A program made the position numbers and the translations under genes. A stretch of DNA of 64,000 nucleotides from Eledone cirrhosa. Taxonomy: Eukaryota. Below, piece after piece: positions 42,019 through 57,264 of the stretch (positions are counted from its first letter, which is position 1; each line of letters opens with the position of its first letter). The stretch lies in contig OZ024743.1 in assembly GCA_964016885.1 (NCBI GenBank), positions 48,298,001 through 48,362,000 of the forward strand, read 5' to 3'. Below the pieces are notes generated by a model that was not told where the DNA came from, did no database searches, and worked only from the letters and a program-made list of their open reading frames with translations.

Positions 42019-42387
42019 TAAAAATCATATTTTCCCTATCACCGCATTTTCTCTATCGTATTTTCTTAAACAAAACAAATCTTGTATTTTCGTTTATTGT
42101 TAAATTATGCCCAAAATACGGCGATCTTATCTTAAACCTTACATTCTCGCTAATAACCCATCATCCCGCCCACCCGCCCCCACGCACCACCATTATTACG
42201 TGGACCAATCATAAGTCAGAGGCCCATACTATCGCTTAACTGGTTGCTTTTCGATATGATGGAGGGACTACGGAATTCTGGAGAGTTGAAGAGAGAAAAA
42301 TGTGGACGCTCAGCGACAATGCCAAAGATAAAGCCAAATTCACCTCGTGGACGAGAATGCAAGCACTCCTCCTTGTTTCGGCCCAGG

Positions 42388-45300
42388 ATGGCTAACATAA
42401 CCCCATCCCCCCCCGCGCCCCACCGCTCCCTCCCTCCAAACGCAATCCAAAACTTCAGAGTTGGTACCATGAATGTAGGCACCTTAAAGGGTCGCTCTAA
42501 CGAGGTTGTAGAAATGCTTGAACGTAAGGAGGTCGATGTTTGTTGTATTCAAGAGACCAGGTGGAGAGGAGGGTCGGCTAGATTCATCGTGGGTAAAGAA
42601 CGATGCTATAAGCTTTTCTGGGTGGGAAATGACAATGGGTTGGGTGGGGTAGGAATCATGGTAGCAGAAAAGTGGGCAGATAAGATAATAGACGTAAATA
42701 GAGTGAACGACAGAATAATTAAAATAAGACTTGTCCTCAATAAAACTACGGTGACAGTAATATCTGCGTACGCACCCCAATCCGGACTGCCCGGCGCTAT
42801 AAAAGACAGATTCTACGAGACACTGATGCTCGCTACCTCCCAAATAACCGACAGTGACTATATAGTTATTGCAGGCGACCTAAATGGTCACGTTGGACAA
42901 CATTGTGACGGCTATGACGGAATCCATGGAGGCTATGGGTTCGGTACTAGAAATGAGGAAGGCTCGAGAATCCTGGAATTCTGCAACGCAAATAACTTAA
43001 CTATCTGTAACACTAACTTCAAAAAACGAGACAATCACTTGATCACCTATAGATCGGGGGAACACACAAGCCAGGTAGATTATATCCTTACCAGAAGACG
43101 TGTCAGAGTGTCTGTTGTTAACACTAAAACCCTCCCCCATGAAGAATTCACCTCCCAACATAGACTGATAATTAGCGACCTCATAGTCAGGACGAGACGT
43201 ACTAGACAGCGGAAGAGGACTATCCTCAGGAGAAAAATATGGAAGCTAAATGACCCCATAGCCAGAAATAAATTTCAAAGCATATTACTTGACGCTTTCA
43301 TCAGTAAGGAAGAGCAATTAGAGTCGTATAATATAGAGGAACAGTGGGAATTCCTGAGAGCAAACCTGCTGACGGCGGCAGACGAAGTCTGTGGCTGGAG
43401 CAGGCCTGTAGGTAGGAGGAGAGTAACATGGTGGTGGAATAGTAAGGTGGAGGAGTCAATTAAGGCCAAAAAGCAGGCTTGGAAAGCATGGCGGGATGGG
43501 GGAAGTAGAGAAGACTATCAAGTGGCCAGGAGGGAAGCTAGGAGACAAGTGTACTTCGCAAGAAGGGAAGCAGAGGAAAGAAAGTTCAAGCATGTTCTAC
43601 AACGTGAGGACCAAAAACGTGAGGTGTTCAGGATTGCCAGGCAATGTGTCAAGGAAAACCGTGATATTGTCGGGGAGAAGTGTGTACTTAACGATGATGG
43701 CATACTTGCCATCACCGACGCTGATAAGAAGGTAGCTTGGAAGTGTCACTACGAAAGGCTTCTAAATGAGGAGAACAAATGGGAGAAAGACAGTCTCCCA
43801 CACATCGACCCAATAGAGGGACCAGCAGTGTTAGTCCAGGGTAGTACAATAAGCAAGGCAATCAAAGATATGAAGACGGGTAAGGCGGCTGGTCCTTCGG
43901 AAATAGTTGCTGAGATGCTGAAGGCATCTGGTTCGGTGGGACACACCATGGTCACCCGGATAGTTAACCAAGTCGTACAGAATGGGGTTGTTCCGAAGGA
44001 CTGGCGTAGCAGCATCATCGTTAACTGCTATAAGGGAAAAGGAGATGCCCTAGATAGGAGTAACTATAGAGGCATTAAATTAATCGACCAGGTCATGAAG
44101 GTCACGGAAAAAGTAATAGCGCAACTAATCAGAGAGAGAATTGATCTAGATGAAATGCAGTTCAGGTTTGTGTCAGGCAAAAGTACCACAGACGCTCTTT
44201 TCATTGTACGACAACTACAGGAGAAGTACCTAGCTAAAAGTAAACCCCTATACTTAGCGTTCGTCGACTTGGAGAAAGCCTTCGACAGAGTCCCCGTTCC
44301 ATTATCTGGTGGTCTCTTAGAAAACTAGGTGTTGACGAATGGCTTGTGAGAGCTATACAAGCCATGTATAAAGAAACAGTCAGTAAGGTTAGAATTAACA
44401 ACGAATATAGTGAAGAGTTTAGCGTAAAAGTTGGTGTCCATCAGGGCTCTGTTCTTAGCCCCCTACTATTTATTATTGCCCTTCAGGCTATAACAGAGGA
44501 GTTCAAGACCGGCTGCCCATGGGAACTCCTATATGCAGATGATCTAACGCTCATAGCTGAATCAATGACCGAACTAGAGAAGAAATTCCAAATATGGAAG
44601 CACGGCCTAGAATCAAAAGGCCTTAAAATTAACCTGGCTAAGACTAAAGTTCTAGTTTGTAGGAAAGAAAATATGGCGCCAGTCCCATCTGGGAAATGGC
44701 CATGCTCAGTGTGTAGGAAAGGCGTAGGTAGAAACTCCATTTTATGTCCCAAATGCAAAGTATGGGTGCATAAAAGATGTAGTGGGATCACAGGTAAGCT
44801 AACTAAGAACATAGATTTTACATGTGGCCGGTGCTCTGGTGCAATAAGTAGCAGCAAGTGCCCACAAAATACTAGCTCCTTCAACTGCGCAGAGGGTTCT
44901 ATAGAAATAGTGGACAGCTTCCGTTACCTGGGTGACAAAATCAGCAGTGGGGGAGGGTGCTCTGAAAGTACAGTAGCTAGAGTCAGAACTGGATGGAAAA
45001 AGTTCAGAGAGCTTATACCACTATTAGCCGCTAGAGGGTTCTCCCTAAAAATGAAAGGCAGGCTGTATGATGCCTGCATACGAACAGCAATGTTGCATGG
45101 CAGTGAGACCTGGGCATTGTGTGCAGAGGATATACGCAGACTAGAGAGGAACGAAGCTTGCATGCTCCGCTGGATGTGTAATAGTAATGTACGCGAACGG
45201 CAAAGCATAAACGAACTAAGGGAAAAATTAGAAATAAGAGGGATTAGATGTTGTTTACTCGAGAGAAGGCTACGTTGGTACGGTCACGTGATGCGCATGA

Positions 45301-45488
45301 AAGACGACAGCTGTATAACAAAGTGCAGGGCAATAAAGATAGACGGTAGCTACGGAGTAGGCAGACCCAGAAAAACATGGGACGAGCTGATAAATTCCGA
45401 CCTCACACGCTTACACCTCTCCAAGACAATGTCACTGGACCGAGACCTTTGGCGGTACTCAGTAATAGAGAAGACCCGCCTTACCTAA
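42388..45488 (+). pseudogene. RTE APE-RT protein with one frameshift at 44292-44295
   Basis: TMNVGTL, CIQETRW, SAYAPQ, GDLNGHVG, QVDYIL, SQHRL, NYRGIKL, FVDLEKAFDRVP, GVHQGSVLSPLLF, LLYADDL, FRYLG, RLRWYGHV, GRPRKTW; adding one C restores DRVPRSIIWWSLRKLGVDEW. Confidence 0.95.
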
Positions 45489-46054
45489 ATACAAAGTAAA
45501 AACCTACTACAGTCAGTAGGCATCTCTATCAAAACACACCCCCGTCCCACCAGCCCCACCCCATCCACACCGCCCCTTTCAATGTAAAGTTATGTTGGTC
45601 CCACAACATCCAGGCCGAAACAAATGAGATCGTGTAGGTGTCACGACAAAAAAACACACAGTCCACGCTGTAAATGTGGCCGTGGAGGCAACACGGTAAA
45701 AACCTCCCAGCCCCACACTATAAATGTGGTTGGTGTTAGGAAGGGCATCCAGCTGTAGAAAACCCGCCAGACAGTCCACGCTGTAATGTGGCCGTGTAGG
45801 CAACACGGTAAAAACCTCCCAGCCCCACACTGTAAATGTGGTTGGTGTTAGGAAGGGCATTCAACTGTAGAAAACCCGCCAGACAGTCCTATGCGAGCAA
45901 GACAACCACTCTTGCCTCAAGTGGGAAAACCCCCGTCCAAACCCATGCAAGCGTGGAACACGGACGCTAAACCTGATGATGATGATATATATAGTAATAA
46001 TAATAACTGTGAAGACTAAAATCTGAAGAGGACTCGATAAGGATAATATATATA

Positions 46055-46435
46055 CATCATCATCATTTCATTTTACGTCCGGTTTTCCCTGCTTGCAAGG
46101 GTGGGACGGCAACTGATTCTGGCTTGATTTCTACAGCTGGATGCCCTTCCTAACACCAACCTCATTTACAGTGACTGCTGGGTGCCTTTTTTCTGTGGCG
46201 CCTACACGTCAACTTTACAGTGTGGGCTGGGTGCTTTTTTGCCGTGGCACCTCCACGACCACTTTGCAGTGGAATGATAGGGACCCCAGTCCTATCATCT
46301 CATTTCTACAGCTGAGGGAACTGGAGCAATGTGAAATAAAGTGTCTTGCTCAGGAAAACAACACATCACCCGGTTTGAGAATTGAACTCGCAACCTTTCG
46401 ATTGCAATGCTCTAACCACCAAGCCATGTGCCTCC
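46055..46435 (-). mobile_element. tRNA-derived SINE family A, full length with RTE-like tail
   Basis: Head as at 50652; repeated aaaagcacccag..cactgtaaa units; ggtgttaggaagggcatccagctgtagaaa block shared with the RTE 3'UTR; (GAT)n tail. Confidence 0.88.
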
Positions 46436-46540
46436 ATACATACATACATATATATTCATACATACATACATATACACATATATATATATACATATATATA
46501 CATATATATATTATATATATATTATATATAATATATATAA

Positions 46541-46730
46541 GGGCGGTGGATTGGCAGTATCGGTAGAGAGTCGGACACCATGCTTTGAAACAGAGTTACG
46601 TCCCTTTATGTTCTGAGTTCAAATCCCGCCGAGGGTAACTTTGCCTTTCATCCTTATGGGGTCGATAAAATAAAGTACCAATAATGTACTGGGTAATTGC
46701 TGGCCTTGTGCCTAAAATAGAAACAATTAT
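46541..46730 (+). mobile_element. tRNA-derived SINE family B
   Basis: Collinear with 28274-28462; B-box gagttcaaatccc. Confidence 0.82.
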
Positions 46731-46906
46731 ATATAATATATATATATTATATATAAATATATATATATATATGTTATATATATATAATATATATATTATA
46801 TATAATATATATATATATGTTATATATATATTATATATAATATATATATTATATATAATATATATATTATATATATATATATATATGATGATATTATATA
46901 TATATA

Positions 46907-46946
<40 letters not shown>

Positions 46947-47191
46947 ATATAATATATATATTATATATATATATGTTATATATATATTATATATAATATA
47001 TATATTATATATATATATGTTATATATATATTATATATAATATATATATTATATATAATATATATTATATATAATATATATATTATATATATATATATAT
47101 ATAATATATATTATATATAATATATATATTATATATAATATATATTATATATAATATATATATTATATATATATATATATATAATATATAT

Positions 47192-47242
<51 letters not shown>

Positions 47243-47358
47243 ATATATATATTATATATAATATATATTATATATATATATAATATATTATATATATATA
47301 TATAATATATATATATATAATATATATTATATATATATATAATATATATTATATATAT

Positions 47359-47400
<42 letters not shown>

Positions 47401-47527
47401 ATAATATATATTATATATATATATATATGTTATATATATATATATATGTTATATATATATTATATATATATATTATATATATATATATAATATATATTAT
47501 ATATATATATATATATATAATATATAT

Positions 47528-47560
<33 letters not shown>

Positions 47561-47562
47561 GT

Positions 47563-47593
<31 letters not shown>

Positions 47594-47649
47594 TTATATA
47601 TATATGTTATATATATATATATATATATAATATATATTATATATATATG

Positions 47650-47703
<54 letters not shown>

Positions 47704-49668
47704 TTATATATATATGTTATATATAATATATATTATATATAATATATATTATATATAATATATATTATATATATATTATATATAATATATATATATATAT
47801 ATTATATATATTATATATATTATATATAATATATATTATATATATTATATATATTATATATATTATATATAATATATATTATATATATATTATATATTAT
47901 ATATATATATATATATTATATATAATATATATTATATATATTATATATAATATATATTATATATATATTATATATAATATATATATATATATATTATATA
48001 TAATATATATTATATATATTATATATAATATATATTATATATATATTATATATAATATATATATATATATATATTATATATAATATATATTATATATATA
48101 TTATATATAATATATATATATATATATATTATATATTATATATATTATATATAATATATATATTATATATAATATATATATATATATATTATATATATAT
48201 ATTATATATATATTATAATATATATTATATATATATTATAATATATATTATATATATATTATATATAATATATATATATGATATATTATATTATATATAT
48301 ATAATATATATATTATATATAATATATATTATATATATATTATATAATATATATATATATATATATTATATATATTATAATATATATTATATATATATTA
48401 TATATAATATATATTATATATATATTATATATATATATATATATATTATATATATTATAATATATATTATATATATATTATATATAATATATATATATGA
48501 TATATTATATTATATATATATAATATATATATTATATTGTATATATATAATATATATATAATATATATTATATATATATATAATATATATTATATATATA
48601 TAATATATATTATATATATATATAATATATATATAATATATATATTATATATATATAATATATATTATATATATATATAATATATATATAATATATATAT
48701 TATATATATATAATATATATTATATATATATATAATATATATATAATATATATATAATATATATATTATATATACATATAATATATATATAATATATATA
48801 TTATATATATATAATATATATATTATATATATATAATATATATATTATATATATATAATATATATATAATATATATATTATATATATATAATATATATTA
48901 TATATATATATAATATATATATAATATATATATTATATATATATAATATATATTATATATATTATATATAATATATATATATAATATATATTATATATAT
49001 ATATATATTATATATAATATATATATAATATATATATATTATATATATTATATATATATTATATATATATATATAATATATATATTATATATATATATAT
49101 ATATATTATATATATTATATATATATTATATATATATTATATATATATTATATATATATTATATATATATTATATATATATTATATATATATATTATATA
49201 TATATTATATATATATATTATATATATATTATATATATATATTATATATATATTATATATGTATATTATATATATATATTATGTATAATATATAATATAT
49301 ATAATATATATTATATATATATATATTATATATATATTATATATGTATATTATATATATATATTATGTATAATATATAATATATATAATATATATTATAT
49401 ATATATATATTATATATATATTATATATGTATATTATATATATATATTATGTATAATATATAATATATATAATATATATTATATATATATATATTATATA
49501 TAATATATATATTATATATATATAATATATAATATATATAATATATATTATATATATATATATATATATTATATATAATATGTATTATATATAATATATA
49601 TAATATATATATAATATATATTATATATAATATATATTATATATAATATATATTATATATATATATTA
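46731..49668. repeat. Complex (TA)n/TTA/TAA low-complexity array, ~2.9 kb
   Basis: Almost only A/T; directly visible. Confidence 0.98.
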
Positions 49669-50530
49669 TCTATATATATAAAACTGTGGTTGTCTGTCTG
49701 TCTATCGATTTTTGGCACACATCTCCTCTTAGAATCTCTCACGGAATTGCACCGAAATTGCTAGACTTGTACATTGAGACCTAGCGAAGACATCGGAAAA
49801 AAAAAAATTTCAAATTGACCCACCCTATGTGACGAAATCGAATATAATGTATCGATTTTTTAGCGTAAGTTATCAGTTATTTCCCTTTGTTCTGTTTACA
49901 TTGAGCGTCTTACGTAAAAAATTACGCTGGCTCTAACAGTTGTCGAGCCAGCAAAATATTGACCTGCAAAATTCATCAGTTCGAACACTAAGCTTCCGTT
50001 TTGCTTCATTTCCATTTAAAAGCATTTTAAAACAATATTTTTACTTGAAAACAAGTCTATTTAAAGACTACGTAAAACAAGCAAATATTTCGTCGTTAGG
50101 CGTGCAGACAGACAGTCGTGCAGAGAGGTGATATAGGCGTGCAGACAGACAGTCGTGCAGAGAGGTGATATAGGCGTGCAGACAGATAGTCGTGCAGAGA
50201 GGTGATATAGGCGTGCAGACAGACATAACTGATAATTTGGTTACGCTAATGTTTTTCTCTGCGTTGCAGTGTTTACATTTTCGATCTTTGTTAATAAATA
50301 ACCAGTGCAGTTTCTATCCCCAGCATCCTCTTTTGTTATAACATTCGGGTTATCGTTATGTTTTCTTAACTTCATAAGGCATATTGTTGGTTGAGGGAAT
50401 ATTAATCAAAAACACCACATGCAAGTCTGCACAGTAGACACTACAGTTTTTAAGCCAAGAAAGAAACTTAACATTGTAACTTTAACACAGCTACTGAGGG
50501 ACCCCGAGCAACGCCGGGCTTTACTGCTAG
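49669..50530 (+). mobile_element. Non-autonomous Helitron (862 bp)
   Basis: A|TCTATATATATAAAA 5' end, CTAG|T 3' end, GC hairpin cccgagcaacgccggg at 50503-50518, no TSD. Confidence 0.88.
50097..50225. repeat. 37-bp minisatellite x3.5 inside the Helitron
   Basis: taggcgtgcagacagacagtcgtgcagagaggtgata at 50097, 50134, 50171 and 50208 (partial). Confidence 0.96.
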
Positions 50531-50651
50531 TATATAATATATATATATATTATATATAATATATATTTTATATAATATATATTATATATATTATATATAA
50601 TATATATTATATATAATATATATTATATATAATATATATTATATATAATAT

Positions 50652-50977
50652 GGAGGCACATGGCTTAGTGGTTAGAACATTGGGCTTGCAATCAAAAGGT
50701 TGTGAGTTCAATTCTCAGACCGAGTGATGTGTTGTTTCCTTGAGCAAGACACTTTATTTCACATTGCTCCAGTTTACTCAGGTGTAGAAATGAGATGATA
50801 GAGACTGGGGTCCATATCATTCCACTGCAAAGTGGTCACGTAGGTGCCACAGCAAAAAAGCACCCAGCACTCACTGTAAATGACGTTGGTGTTAGAAATC
50901 AAACCAAAATCAGTTCCCGACCCACCCTTGCAAGCAGGGAAAAGCGGACGTAAAATGATGATGCTGATGATGATGAT
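50652..50977 (+). mobile_element. tRNA-derived SINE family A
   Basis: A-box tggcttagtgg, B-box gagttcaattc, CORE-like ccttgagcaagacactt, tail cttgcaagcagggaaaagcggacgtaaaa(tga)n. Confidence 0.9.
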
Positions 50978-50979
50978 AT

Positions 50980-51010
<31 letters not shown>

Positions 51011-51058
51011 ATATATATTATTATATATATAATATATATTATTATATATGATATATAT

Positions 51059-51255
51059 TATTATATATATATTATTATTATATATATATTATTATTATAT
51101 ATATATTATTATTATTATATATATTATTATTATTATATATATTATTATTATTATATATATTATTATTATTATATATATTATTATTATTATATATATTATT
51201 ATTATTATATATATTATTATTATTATATATATTATTATTATTATATATATTATTG
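51059..51255. repeat. 18-bp minisatellite (attattattattatatat)n
   Basis: Directly visible; a similar unit resumes at 52411-52460. Confidence 0.92.
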
Positions 51256-52411
51256 TTATTGTTATTCCTTGAATCTCAGTCATTGATGTTGGTTAACTGG
51301 AAAGTCCGTTGGATTGAATATCAAGCCACTACCTGCAGCCTCAGATATTCAGGACGTATCGGAGGGTTCTTGCCGTTCCAAGCAAGCATGCCTTTTGAAG
51401 CGTTCCAAAAAGCGTGAAGGGGCCGATTTTCTTTAACCATCCCTGGAAACCTTTGGAGATAGTCCCCAGTGCGCCTATGACAATCGGGATCACTTTGACT
51501 TCATGGCAGTTCCAAATCCTTTTCACCTCCCACTTTAGGTCCTGGTATCGGTTAATTTTCTCCCTCTCCTTCTCTTGCACTCTCGTGTCGAACGGGCAGG
51601 CCACATCCACAATCAGGCACGATCTTTTTTCTTTGTCCACAACCACCAGGTCAGGTCTATTGTGTTCCAGTTTTTTGTCCGTCTGTATCCTAAAATCCCA
51701 CAGCACCTTCACCTGACTGTTCTCCATCACCGCCTCTGGCCTATGCTCATACCATTTCTCAGAATGTGGTAGATTGTTTACTTTGCACAGGTGCCAGTGG
51801 ATCACCCTGCCCATCACATCGTGTCTCCAGCCCTTATAGTGGGTCTGGGCTAGGTGTTTACACTCGGACACAATGTGAGCCACAGTCTCCTCTCTCTCTC
51901 CACAGATCCTGCACAGTGGGCTAGCCTCCTCCTTGTAGATATGGTGCTTCAACCACTTCGTTTTGAGGGCCTGCTCCTGCGCAGCCATTAGCATTCCTTC
52001 TGTAGCCTTTTTGAGGTCTCCTCTTCTCAACCAGTTCCATGTCTGTGGATCTCTAAATTCAGTTTTCTCAAAGAAGGTACTATGAAGGGATTTTCCCTTA
52101 AGGCTGCTCTTCCTCCTTGATGTTATTTCCTCCTTGGATATCCCCTGGCCTACTGTCCCCTCCTTCAGTACAGCTCTGAGCATTGGCTCCTTACTATAGG
52201 TCACGTATTTGTATAGGTTGTTTTTCTCCATCTGAACACAGTCCTCTATGCTGATAAGACCTCTTCCACCCTCAGATCTCCTTAGGTAGAGTCTATCGAC
52301 ATCACTCCTCTTGTGGAACATGTTGTAGATAGTCAATAGCTTCCTAGTCTTCCTATCCATTTCTTTTTGTTCAGCAACATTCCATCTCAGAATTCCCGCA
52401 CTGTACCTAAT
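51250..52411 (-). mobile_element. 5'-truncated R4/Dong-like non-LTR retrotransposon (restriction-like endonuclease)
   Basis: Uninterrupted frame 52411-51341: RYSAGILRW, RLYL..GGRGL, AAQEQAL, CRIC..ETVAHIVSEC, RHD, WDF, RPDLVVVD..IVDVACP, KY-like NRYQDL, PIVIGALG; short 3'UTR and (TAA/CAA) tail. Confidence 0.93.
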
Positions 52412-52524
52412 AATATTATTATTATATATATTATTATTATTATATATATTATTATTTATATATATTTATATATATTATTATTTATATATATATATATATA
52501 TTATATATATATATATTATATATA

Positions 52525-53635
52525 TGTAGGAGGTGAGTTTTATTGTAGTACAATAAAGCAATGCAGATATCGGATAAGTAGCACTCTACAGTTTGTAGGA
52601 CTGGAGTATAAATAATATATAAGATCAAAAGATGGTTAAAAGAGTTCCATGTATTTTATTATGCGCATTTCAAAAACAAATATCATCATGCAATAACATT
52701 TGCGATTTCGTCAGATAAAATAGGGAGACATGATATGAAGGTTAAAACACACTTGTGAATAGTGCAGTTTTAAATCAACATATGAAAAGTAGTTTTAGAT
52801 TGATGTGTGATATTGGGGTAAAAAATTGAGGTGGGTGGTGGCGGGGATGGGGGGGTGAAAAAGAGGACATGAGAGTAAAAAGTGGAGGGCGAGGAGTATA
52901 ATGAGGAAGGGTGAGATAGGAGGAGAGATGGGTGATAGGGACAGAGAGATAGCTTTTATAACTGAGAAAAATATATTGTTTTACATAGAGAGGTTGAAAA
53001 ATCGTTAGAAGATAATATATAAATTAAAAGAATTTGAAAATTAACGAAGAGAAAAATTTTAGAATAATGTTAAATTAAGGTTTGTATATTTAAGGGTTTA
53101 ATAATATGTGCGATGAAAAGAAATTGTTAATATGTATTAAGAATAATATTTAAGGGTTTAATAATATGTGCGATGGAAAGAAATTGTTGATATGTATTAA
53201 AAAATATAAAAATATAACAATAGTAATGTAATTAAGGATATATTGTGAAAGAAGTAGAAGAGTGGATGAATAAGTGTAATATGTGTAAGTTAGATGAGCA
53301 TGAAAGGGAGAAAAAAATAATGAATTGAGGATGAATAATCTAACGTCAAAAAATGTTTATGTTTACGAAGGATTTGTTCAAGGTGATATGAAGTAAGAAT
53401 ATATTGTGCTGAGTAATAATGATAATTGCGAAGTATCTAGGAAGAAAAGGTACAGATTAGAGGTTAGAAGTTAAAAGAAAAAGAAAAAAAAAAAAAGAAA
53501 ACAAAAAGAAAAAAGAAAGAAAGGGAAGTGATAAATAGGAGTGATATAGAATGAGTAACTAGTATTATATAATGTATAATAAATAACATTGAAATAAGGT
53601 AGAAAGATGGGTATATTTTTAAAAGAAATATATAT
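52525..53635 (-). mobile_element. Non-coding Penelope-like 3' terminal (pLTR) remnant
   Basis: Contains a PLE-type hammerhead motif; composition resembles the 3'UTR at 59900-60340; (TA)n flanks; internal 60-bp duplication at 53086-53200; no ORF. Confidence 0.6.
52652..52722 (-). ncRNA. Type I hammerhead ribozyme motif
   Basis: tattttat-CTGACGA-[36-nt stem-loop II]-GAA-ATGCGCAT-A-ataaaata: 8-bp stem I, palindromic stem III, AUA cleavage triplet. Confidence 0.85.
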
Positions 53636-57006
<3,371 letters not shown>

Positions 57007-57264
57007 ACAGTATTTTCCGTTGTGTTGTAATATAAATATTACACACAGTAGATTATCAGCTCACGTAGAGTTTGCTCGACGGTTCCAGTTGTAGTTCCAA
57101 AAGTAATCCGGAGAAAAATAGAAAGATTTGAATGGATACAGTTTAGTTGAAAGGAATTTATTGACACGTGTTTCTATAACAGTTACATAACCTAAAACAG
57201 CTATCTACAAACTTTTAGTTATGCAGACATTCAATATTTCAATGTTATTATTTACTGTCATTTC

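Larger units (their letters stand above)
41476..45986 (+). mobile_element. Near full-length RTE-clade LINE (5' boundary uncertain, between 41476 and ~42150)
   Basis: Single APE-RT ORF, ~500-bp 3'UTR, (GAT)n tail at 45975-45986, (TA)n on both flanks. Confidence 0.92.

Noticed and set aside
42152-42387. Possible HDV-like ribozyme in the RTE 5'UTR, as known for some RTEs
   Set aside because: I could not build the nested double pseudoknot by eye; this needs a descriptor search.
45665-45690. Minus-strand PHLQ-like match to the next B56 exon (SWPHLQ), also near 7398-7413
   Set aside because: Part of the multi-copy RTE 3'UTR; no upstream FDPEED coding context or splice sites.
46428-47630. Ile/Tyr-rich ORFs (also 51048-51283, 59455-59910, 60291-60734, 63294-63800) and CV/HT-repeat ORFs
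   Set aside because: Translations of (TA)n, (TG)n and (ATT)n microsatellites, not proteins.
50097-50225. 37-bp repeats resembling a CRISPR array
   Set aside because: Head-to-tail with no unique spacers, inside a Helitron, eukaryotic context, no cas genes.
50652-50725. tRNA gene-like sequences (also 41380-41450, 46365-46435, 46541-46632)
   Set aside because: A/B boxes are present but there is no convincing cloverleaf, and they continue into SINE bodies.
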